Source: Octopus sinensis
Lineage: Eukaryota
NCBI RefSeq assembly: GCF_006345805.1
Contig: NW_021826788.1
Coordinates: 1-11,857 of the forward strand
Length of the DNA stretch: 11,857 bases
Direction of reading: 5' to 3'
Part shown: positions 1-7,099 of the stretch, in pieces
How the letters are laid out: each line of letters opens with the position of its first letter
How positions within the stretch are numbered: position 1 is the stretch's first letter
Made by a program: the position numbers and the translations under genes
The notes under the pieces: model-generated
What the model saw: the letters and a program-made list of their open reading frames with translations, nothing else
What the model was told of the DNA's origin: nothing
The model's database searches: none

Positions 1-52
1 CTAATATTCTGGTGCCTCTAACTTAAGTACCATATTCATCTGAATCTAAATT
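1..52. mobile_element. End fragment of a dispersed (TA)n-associated repeat (family P1, possibly Penelope-like pLTR-derived)
   Basis: Positions 21-52 are identical over 32 bp to 3565-3596 (acttaagtaccatattcatctgaatctaaatt). The fragment runs directly into (TA)n. Confidence 0.6.
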
Positions 53-105
53 AATATATATATATATAATATATATATTATATATATATATATGATATAT
101 ATATG
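53..105. repeat. (TA)n microsatellite, imperfect
   Basis: Direct reading; it separates two P1 fragments. Confidence 0.95.
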
Positions 106-110
106 ATCGA

Positions 111-370
111 TCAAAATAAGCAACAGGATATCCAAGGTAGTGAAGTACAATCGTTTTATGCTACTTCATTTTATTAACACAGTGTAAGTATTACATAAGT
201 TTTTAAAATGTCGAGCAATCTTCAGCCACATATAGAATTTTTTTAAATAAATGGACAACGTATATAATCACCCCATTTGATTATATGGTAATAATACCAT
301 ACCAATCATTCTGGCCTTTAACCTACTTAAACCTATTCATTTGAATCATATAAATTTGCTGAACTTTATA
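111..370. mobile_element. Family P1 copy flanked by (TA)n on both sides
   Basis: 111-164 matches 3436-3491 (tcaaaataagcaac-aggatatccaaggtagtg...atgctact). About 280-370 matches 3522-3610 more loosely (ataataccatac...ttctgg...ttgctgaacttta). Confidence 0.65.
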
Positions 371-377
371 AACCATT

Positions 378-382
<5 letters not shown>

Positions 383-434
<52 letters not shown>
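383..434. repeat. (TA)n(CA)n compound microsatellite
   Basis: Direct reading. Confidence 0.95.
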
Positions 435-448
435 AAGGTGCTCACAAA

Positions 449-698
449 CATTCATAAATATACATTGATGCAAACACACAGACACAATTACACACAGTAC
501 ATGCATTACATAAGCCATGTGTATATATACACATACACATTCATAAATATATATATATTCATGCACACACACACAATTACACAAATGCGTGCATTACATA
601 GATGGACATATACAAACATAGATACATACAACCATATATACTCACACACAAATATATATATATATGTGAGTATATATGGTTGTATGTATCTATGTATA

Positions 699-729
<31 letters not shown>

Positions 730-920
730 ATGTACGACTTATTACTTAGATTTCATAGATGGACACATACGTAAACAAAATTCTCAGATATATGTATTTG
801 TGTGTGTACACATACATATACACAAGCATTCATAAATATATACATACATGCATAAACACACAATTACACACAGTACATAAATGGACGCATACATACATAC
901 ATAAACAAAATTCTCAGATA
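449..920. repeat. Degenerate local duplications built from CA/TA-rich sequence
   Basis: cattcataaata...acacaattacaca starts at 449, 538 and 827. taaacaaaattctcagata occurs identically at 772-790 and 902-920. Confidence 0.8.
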
Positions 921-1095
921 AGGACAATTTTCTTTTCTCCATCATATGTCAAGTCTCGTTTGAGCAAACAAATTAAACATTATCCTTTTGTCCTTCGATT
1001 ATAAGAACCTTGCCAAGGTGAACATAGACAAGTTATTTTCATTCATTTCTTGCTTACAAACCACCATTTAGAAACCAGTTGAAAGAGTATAAACG

Positions 1096-1101
1096 TTTAT
1101 T
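1096..1101 (-). promoter_or_regulatory. Candidate polyadenylation signal AATAAA
   Basis: The minus strand reads ttttgtaatataAATAAAcgtttatactctttCA|actggtttctaaatggtggtttgt: UGUA upstream, CA about 16 nt downstream, then a GU-rich tract. It lies about 110 nt past the candidate stop codon. Confidence 0.35.
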
Positions 1102-1211
1102 TATATTACAAAATTTCTTTGTTTTTCTTTTCTCTCTCTCTTTTTTTTTTTTTTTGGTTTTTCTATTTTTTTCTTGGAATTGATGGTAACCATGATAATG
1201 GTGATGATAGA

Positions 1212-1328
1212 TTAAATTGGTAGGGGTGCGCGAGGGGCGAGAGGGGCGAGAGGTGAAAAAGGTGGAGCTGCTGGGTTATGCTGTTCGATGTGATAGCCAC
1301 CAGCCATCATCTCATCGTGGGTGTGTTG
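1212..1328 (-). CDS. Candidate 3'-terminal coding exon of an unidentified gene (QHTHDEMMAGGYHIEQHNPAAPPFSPLAPLAPRAPLPI*)
   Basis: On the minus strand a long polypyrimidine tract ends in ttatgCAG| at 1329. Only phase 0 stays open (38 codons to TAA at 1214-1212). The segment is GC-richer than its flanks and is followed by a UTR-like region with AATAAA. No homology recognised. Confidence 0.35.
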   Translation of the reverse strand, partial: QHTHDEMMAGGYHIEQHNPAAPPFSPLAPLAPRAPLPI

Positions 1329-1434
1329 CTGCATAAGTGTGTGTGGGGGGGCAGGAGAAGGAATAGAAGTAGCAGGAACAGGAGAGGGGGGCGAGGAGGG
1401 AAACGTGAATGAGGGGGAAGGAAGGAAGACGTGG

Positions 1435-1604
1435 ATGATGATGATGATGATGAGAAGGAGAAGAAGGAGAAGAAGAAGAATGAGAAGAAGAAGAAGAATG
1501 AGGAGAGGAAGAAGAATGAGGAGGAAGAAGAATGAGGAGAGGAGAAGAAACAGAAGGAGGAGGAGAAGAGAAGAAGAAGGAGAAGAAGAATAGAAGAAGA
1601 AAGA

Positions 1605-1636
<32 letters not shown>

Positions 1637-1780
1637 ATGAGGAGAAGAAGAAGAGGAGAGGAAGAAGAATGAGGAGAAGAAGAATGAGGAGAGGAAGAAG
1701 AATGAGGAGAAGAAGAAGAATGAGGAGAGGAGGAAGAAGAAGAAGGAGAAGAAGGTGAGGAGGTGAGGAGGAGGAGGAGA
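1435..1780. repeat. Purine-rich (GAT)n/(AAG)n/(GAG)n low-complexity tract
   Basis: Direct reading; recurring agaagaatgaggag subunits. Confidence 0.95.
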
Positions 1781-2134
1781 CTCATGGGTAAGATAATATG
1801 CATCTATCAAGCACATAATGACGTGTTGATGTGGAGAACTTATCTGAACGAAAATTATAAACACACAACCTCAATGCTTCGGTTTTTCAACAGCTTCCCC
1901 CCCCCCCCAACAATACCTTTGCAATTTTACTTCCTAGAAATGCGAGAAAGAAAAAAAAAAGTATTTATATTAATTTTGTTTTGGTGAAGTTCTTGCTTTT
2001 CTTTATAATATACATGTGTGAAATATTTGGTAAACGTTTATACGCAAACATGCACCACACACACACACACACATATGTACGTACATACATACATACATAC
2101 ATACATGCACACAAGCATACACACAAAATATATA

Positions 2135-2333
2135 ATCATCATCATCATCATCATCATCGTTTAACGTCCGCTATCCATGCTAGCACGGGTTGGACGATTT
2201 TGACTGAGGGCTGAAGAACCAGATGGCTGCACCAGGCTCCAATCTTGATCTGGCAGTGTTTCTACAGCTGGATGCCCTATCTAACGCCAACCACTCCATG
2301 AGTGTAGTGGGTGCTTTTATGTGCCACCGGTAC
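2135..2333 (-). mobile_element. 5'-truncated retroposon 3' end with (GAT)n tail (RTE-LINE-type tail or SINE)
   Basis: The minus strand reads ...ggcacataaaagcacccactacactc...ggcgttagatagggcatccagctgtagaaac...ccaacccgtgctagcatggatagcggacgttaaac-gatgatgatg. A trinucleotide tail is typical of RTE-mobilised elements. Family recognised from memory, not from a search. Confidence 0.75.
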
Positions 2334-2570
2334 GGCGGCAGCACCTTGTGGGCAGTAAAGAAATAAGTCTAATGATAAAAGATAAAATGTCAGTCCTTAA
2401 AACATCTAATGGATAAATTTACCAAAAGCCAAATCTTATAATGGTAATAAAATTGCTTTGCCTTTTATGTGCAAGAGAACCAATAGAATATTTAGTATTT
2501 TATTGAAAGGATTCCATCTTAAGTAGGAATTCTAAACTCACATCAGCATTATGGCAAAACTTACAAGACA

Positions 2571-2958
2571 GGCGCAGGAGTGGTTGTGTGGTAAGTAGCT
2601 TGCTAACCAACCACACGGTTGCGGGTTCAGTCCCACTGCGTGGCATCTGGGCAAGTGTCTTCTTCTGCTATAGCCCCGGGCCGACCAATGCCTTGTGGAG
2701 TGGATTTGGTAGACGGAAACTGAAAGAAGCCTGTCGTATATATGTATATATATATGTATGCGTGTGTTTGTTGTTGTGTTTGTCCCCCTCAGCCTGGCAT
2801 TGCTTGACAACCGATGGCTGGTGTGTTTAGGTCCCCGTCACTTAGCGGTTCGGCAAAAAGAGACCGATAGAATAAGTACTAAAAGGTGGTGCTCCAGCAT
2901 GGCCGCAGTCAAATGACTGAAAGAATAAAAGAGTAAAAAAAAAAGAGTAAAAAAAGAG
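2571..2958 (+). mobile_element. Bipartite tRNA-derived SINE (family A), near full length, with an internal ~41-bp deletion
   Basis: Head ggcgcaggagtggttgtgtggtaag (A box) and gggttcagtccc (B box), internal (TA)/(TG) microsatellite, 3' half ...cttagcggttcggcaaaagagaccgatagaataagtact...gctccagcatggccgcagtcaaatgactgaaa, and an (aaaagagt)n tail. Homologous to six other segments in this window. Confidence 0.92.
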
Positions 2959-3014
2959 ACATGTCTACACTATAGCCTACATGTGTACCCATCTTTTATC
3001 CTGCATATGTTTTA

Positions 3015-3200
3015 TCCATTAGACTGTGGCCATGGTGGGGCACAGCTTTGAAGAATTTTTAGTCGAATGAATCGACGTCAGAGCATTTTTTTAAAAATCC
3101 AGTACTTTGTTCTATCGGTCACTTTTGCCAAACTACTAAGTTACAGGGATGCAAACATACCAACCCTGGCTGTCAAGTGGTGGTGGTGGTGATGGGACAG

Positions 3201-3230
<30 letters not shown>
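3015..3230 (-). mobile_element. Family A SINE 3' half, diverged
   Basis: Reverse complement of the family A 3' half (gactgtggccatg...ctatcggtcacttttgcc...ctaagttacaggg...tgtcaag), ending at a (CA)n tract. Confidence 0.85.
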
Positions 3231-3235
<5 letters not shown>

Positions 3236-3301
3236 AGAATTTTTGCGTAATAAGATAAAAAAACAAAGGCTGTATAGATATTAGAGCATTTATAGATAGA
3301 T

Positions 3302-3350
3302 CAGCTGTTTCTAGGATACTAAATTAATAATATCCCTTCATCGGAGATGG
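3302..3350 (-). ncRNA. Minimal type I hammerhead-ribozyme-like motif, 3'-truncated
   Basis: Minus strand: ccaucu-CCGAUGA-A-[GGGAUAUUA/uuaauu/UAGUAUCCU]-A-GAAAC-AGCUG. The core matches CUGANGA...GAAA except U4C, and helix II has 9 bp. ACAGCUG[U] would be the palindromic helix III of dimer-acting minimal HHRs. UH and the 3' strand of helix I are absent. Confidence 0.6.
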
Positions 3351-3393
3351 TGTGAGAGGAAAAATTTGGGTCTCAATGACACCATTATCTCTT
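3302..3393 (-). mobile_element. HHR-bearing Penelope-like pLTR or retrozyme-like fragment abutting (TA)n
   Basis: Contains the HHR motif and ends at the (TA)n tract at 3394. The PLE assignment is inferred from the HHR layout. Confidence 0.45.
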
Positions 3394-3426
3394 TATATAT
3401 ATATATATATATATACATATATATAT
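3394..3426. repeat. (TA)n microsatellite
   Basis: Direct reading. Confidence 0.95.
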
Positions 3427-3435
3427 GTATTATAC

Positions 3436-3610
3436 TCAAAATAAGCAACAAGGATATCCAAGGTAGTGTAGTACAATTGTTTCATGCTACTACTCTACCT
3501 CGGATATACTTGTTGCTTAATTTGTTTTATATGGATAATACCATACAAAATTCTGGTGCCTTTCACTTAAGTACCATATTCATCTGAATCTAAATTTTGC
3601 TGAACTTTAC
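3436..3610. mobile_element. Family P1 copy whose middle is replaced by a fold-back inversion
   Basis: Both ends match 111-370 and 1-52. 3488-3519 is the reverse complement of 3442-3473 (29/32). Confidence 0.7.
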
Positions 3611-3628
3611 AACGGTCTTCTTTTCAGG

Positions 3629-3689
3629 ATCCTTGTTCATGAGCTCCTTTTATGCTGACGATGTAGGTCTCATGGCCCACACTGAAGAC
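3629..3689 (+). pseudogene. Decayed non-LTR retrotransposon reverse transcriptase fragment (YADD motif, RTE/CR1-like)
   Basis: Translates ILVHELL/[+1 t at 3650]/YADDVGLMAHTED, matching the ELL(Y/F)ADDxxLxAxxE pattern of LINE RT motif C. Confidence 0.6.
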
Positions 3690-3829
3690 AAAGGTCTTGT
3701 TCAATCTGCCTTCAGGCCAGTCCTGTGTAGAATCTAACACACACACACACACAAGGTGTATGGATAGTTATAAGTGCGCACGTATGTTTCTTCACGAGGA
3801 ATGAAGAGAAACAGATGGTTGAGGCGGTG

Positions 3830-4520
3830 GGGGGGGGGGGTTCTGAGAGAGAAAGAGTGAAATAGTAATGGAGGGAAAGTATATAAAGAGAGAGAGAGAG
3901 AGAGAGAGAGAGAAAGTGATATATGTTTGTTGTAGAAAGAGGGGGTGAAGGAGAGATAAGGGTAAGGGGAGGAGAGGAACTGTGAAAGAGTGATAGAATG
4001 AATGAAAGAAAGAAAGAAGTAAAAGAACAAGGAAAGAAAGTGAGGAGAGAAATGAATGATTGGAAAGAAAAAGAAAAAAAAACCTAACAAAAGCAAAACG
4101 GAGGATGAAAGAAAGAAAGAAAGAAAGAACATAGAAGATAGAGATAAGGAAAGAAAGAAAACGAGAAAGGAAGACAATAAAGGAGAAAATTTGTGTAGAA
4201 GCAGTGAGAAAGAAAGGAGAAAATTGGAAGAGATACAGAGAGAGGGAGAGATTGGTGAATGACGAAAGGAAAAGCTTAGAAGAGAGAGAGAAAAGGTATA
4301 TATACAGAGAGAGGTTTGTTTTAAGGTAGTTAAAACGTTGGTGCTGGTGGGAGTGGTGGACGTTGAGCCGGTGGTGGTGGTGATGGGAAGGAAATATTGG
4401 AAGAAATGTAGGGAGTGGGTGTTAGAGAGAAAGAAAGAGAGAGGGGCAGAAAGAGAGAGAGAGAGAGAGGAAGCGCAGGGGGTAAATGGAGGGAGATGAG
4501 GTGTGGGAAAAGATACATGT
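3830..4520. repeat. Purine-rich low-complexity tract, (GA)n/(GAAA)n
   Basis: Direct reading. Confidence 0.9.
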
Positions 4521-4719
4521 AAATCTCTTTTTATCTGAATATTTTTGTTGATGTCGACCGCAAATCCTGGTTAATACTTGAACGACGGATAAGATTTAGA
4601 ACTTTATCAGTAAACTGGTCAATCACGTCATTTATCTTATCTCGTTTGAGACACTGACCGTTTACACATTAAGCTAAGGGCGTTAGGTGATGAAATACAC
4701 ACACACACACATAAATACC

Positions 4720-4721
4720 TA

Positions 4722-4776
<55 letters not shown>
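4720..4776. repeat. (TA)n(TG)n microsatellite
   Basis: Direct reading; it replaces or abuts the head of the following SINE. Confidence 0.95.
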
Positions 4777-4778
<2 letters not shown>

Positions 4779-5240
4779 GTGTGGTGTGGTAAGTAGCTTG
4801 CTTACCAACCACATGGTTCCTGGTTTCGGTCCCGCTGCGTGGCACCTTGGGTAGAGTAGCCTCGGGCCTAAAGCCTTGTGAGTGGATATGGTAGAGGGAA
4901 ACTGAAAGAAGCCCGTCGTATTCATTTTTTTTTCATTTTCATTTAGTTTCAGCTCACGAGTTGTGGCCATGCTGGGGCACCGCCATTCATATATTATATA
5001 ATATATATATATATATATATAAGTATGTATTATGTGTGTGTGTGTGTGTGTGTTTCTATCTCCATCATCGCTTGGCAACCGATGTTGGTGTGTTTACGTC
5101 CCCGTAACTTAGCGATTCGATAAAAGAGACCAATAGAATAAATACTAGGCTTACAAAGAATAAGTCCCGGGGTCGATTTGTTCAACTAATAAGGCGGTGC
5201 TCCAGCATGGCTGCAGTCAAATGACTGAAACAAATAAAAG
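4776..5240 (+). mobile_element. Family A SINE, near full length, with a nested antisense fragment
   Basis: gtggtaagtagcttgcttaccaaccacatggttcc...gaaactgaaagaagcccgtcgta, a microsatellite, then a complete 3' half to gactgaaacaaataaaag. Confidence 0.92.
4921..4988 (-). mobile_element. Short 3'-tail fragment of a related SINE, nested antisense in the host's internal microsatellite
   Basis: The minus strand reads ggcggtgccccagcatggccacaactcgtgagctgaaact plus an A-rich tail, similar to 5857-5909 (+). Confidence 0.75.
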
Positions 5241-5242
5241 TA

Positions 5243-5550
5243 TATGAATCTCTTCGGTTTGGCTCACAGATTAAAACTTTTTTTAACTAAACAGTTTGAA
5301 ACTTCGCATACAGGTGTAATTTCTCACGCTGAACACAGTTTACTCTCAACATTTTTAATAAAATTTCGTATTTTAGAAGTTATTTCGTTTCACGTTGTGG
5401 CATTTGGGTAATTTTAACCAATCAATTTCTTTTGAAGAGCGAAGGCTCGAAACGTATAAGACTTTCTCACCTTCCTGAGCGTTAAACGAATACACCAGTT
5501 TGTTGTTTATAACACCTGTCTTCGTCTTTTGTAAATTCCAACTATGTTCA
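5243..5550 (+). mobile_element. Penelope-like pLTR or retrozyme-like element ending in (TA)n
   Basis: Non-SINE sequence between a SINE tail and (TA)n. It carries an HHR-like motif at 5428-5461 followed by ttcctgagcg, which is also seen at 8908-8917. Confidence 0.5.
5428..5461 (+). ncRNA. Hammerhead-like motif lacking C3-A6 (probably inactive)
   Basis: UCUUU-[CUGA missing]-UGA-A-GAGC/gaag/GCUC-GAAAC-GUA^UAAGA. Helix I UCUUU:UAAGA pairs 4/5, helix II is a perfect 4 bp, and helix III has the palindromic ACGU. Confidence 0.45.
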
Positions 5551-5581
5551 TATATATATATATATATATATATAATTATAT

Positions 5582-5617
<36 letters not shown>

Positions 5618-5642
5618 TATACATACATACATACATACATAC
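5549..5642. repeat. (TA)n(CA)n(TACA)n compound microsatellite
   Basis: Direct reading. Confidence 0.95.
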
Positions 5643-5856
5643 TCATGGCATCTCAGTTTCAGTCATTTGACTGCAGCAATGCTGGAGGACCGCCTTTAGT
5701 CGAACAAATCGCCCCCAGGACATACCGCTAAGTTACGGGGAGGTAAACACACCAACATCGGTTGTCAAGCAATGGTGGGGTCAAGCACAGACACACACAC
5801 AAATATATACATATACATATATAATAATATAAATATATGCATATATACATACAAAC

Positions 5857-5909
5857 GGCGGTGCATCAGCATGGCCGCAGCTCTGAGCTGAAACTAGAAT
5901 TTAAAAAAA
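5857..5909 (+). mobile_element. Short SINE 3'-tail fragment nested antisense in the host microsatellite
   Basis: ggcggtgcatcagcatggccgcagctctgagctgaaactag plus an A tail; homologous to 4921-4988 (-). Confidence 0.75.
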
Positions 5910-5952
5910 TACATACATGTACATACCTACATATATATGTATATATGGGTAC

Positions 5953-6144
5953 AGGACATCAAAAAAAAAAAAAAAACGTTGAACACAATGAGATACGAAA
6001 ACATAAAAACAAGAACAAAGAAAACGAACTTTGTTTTTCGAACAATGAGAAAAACAAACAGAGAAACGAGACATACAACATAAAGAAATTCCTCTTCTTC
6101 AGTTGTCCCTGTCTCAACTACTCCGCGTTCGAAGGCAAGGACAA
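5953..6144 (-). mobile_element. Unclassified insertion in the SINE's (TA)n linker, possibly PLE pLTR-derived
   Basis: Interrupts the SINE microsatellite and is TA-flanked on both sides. The minus strand has scrambled HHR-like words (cuucGAAC...CUGAAGAagagg). Confidence 0.4.
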
Positions 6145-6304
6145 ATATATATACATATACGAGATGGGCTTCTTTCAGTTTCCGTCTACCAAATCCACTC
6201 ACAAGGCCTTGGTCTCCCCGAGGCTTATAGCAGAAGATACTTGCCCAAGGAATAATGTAGTTGAGAAGCAATTTTCTTACCACACAACCACTCTGCGCCT
6301 ATAC

Positions 6305-6499
6305 AGAAACAGGAAGAGAGAGTGAGAGAACGTTGTGGCGAAAGAGTACAGCAGGGGTCACCACCACCCCCTGCCGGAGCCTCGTGGAGCTTTTAGGTGT
6401 TTTCACTCAATAAGCACACACAACGCCCGGTCTGGGAATCGAGACCATGATCCTCCGACCGCGAGTCCGCTGCTCTAACCACCGGGCCATTGCGCCTCC
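6305..6499 (-). mobile_element. tRNA-derived SINE (family C; resembles the octopus tRNA-Arg-related OR-type SINEs)
   Basis: Minus strand ggaggcgcaaTGGCCCGGTGGttagagcagcggactcgcggtcggaggatcatgGTCTCGATTCCcagaccggg gives an A box, a B box and a tRNA-like head, followed by a unique body. The family name is from recall. Confidence 0.85.
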
Positions 6500-6822
6500 A
6501 TGTATGGTGTGTATGCACATATATATAAACCGAAGAAAAAAAATCCACCTTCCTCTTCTCAAAAATCATAAGGGAAATTTTCACTCCATTTGTGTGCCGC
6601 CAGAATTTTGTGTCTGCGAATCCATAAAATTGTCTTGTGCAGAGAGAGACGTTTAAACATTTTAAAAGTATTTTAATTATGAATTGCACGTGATTACTTT
6701 GTCTAAACTCCCTCAACATTCCATTCTGTCCTCACACGCACCTGCACATTGTTTTCAAGTCTCCCAAATAGGTTCATCCAAAAAACGTGACCTCATCCCA
6801 TTAATATGAAACAGCGTTACAG

Positions 6823-7067
6823 TGGTGATGATGATGATGATGATAGTGACAGTGATGGTGATAATGGTGATGATGATGATGACGATAATGATGATGGTGA
6901 TGCTGATAATGATGCTACTCATGATGGTGATGATGGTGATAATGAAGGCGATGATGGTGGTGACGATGATGATGATAATGATGGTGATGATGATGATGAC
7001 GATAATGATAATGATGCTGCTCATGATGGTGATAATAATGGTGTTGGTGATGATGGTGCTGCCGATA

Positions 7068-7099
<32 letters not shown>

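Larger units (their letters stand above)
5651..6299 (-). mobile_element. Family A SINE split by two nested insertions; B box deleted
   Basis: The 3' half lies at 5651-5800 and the 5' half at 6155-6299 (ends ...cacacaaccactctgcgcc, the reverse complement of the head). The segment carrying the B box is missing relative to the other copies. Confidence 0.88.

Noticed and set aside
366-1004. ORFs of 72-103 aa rich in H/T/Y/I or C/V
   Set aside because: Translations of (CA)n, (TA)n and (TG)n repeats.
1307-1864. Poly-S/F/L and poly-R/E ORFs
   Set aside because: Translations of the purine trinucleotide tract.
2571-2645. tRNA gene (also 6425-6499 and 8800-8885)
   Set aside because: A and B boxes are present, but there is no complete cloverleaf and each continues into a SINE body.
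2588-2830. 80-aa ORF and its look-alikes at 4719-5078, 5927-6283, 7916-8269 and 9251-9505
   Set aside because: All lie within family A SINE copies; the shared peptides reflect the repeat.
3654-3690. CTGACGA and CTGAAGA as hammerhead cores
   Set aside because: No GAAA or helices downstream; CTGACGA is the coding sequence of (Y)ADD. The same lack applies to 2211, 5250(-), 8544(-) and 10238.
4330-4400. Pro-rich minus-strand ORF end (PSPPPPAQRPPLPPAPTF*)
   Set aside because: No usable splice acceptor; explained by G-rich low-complexity sequence.
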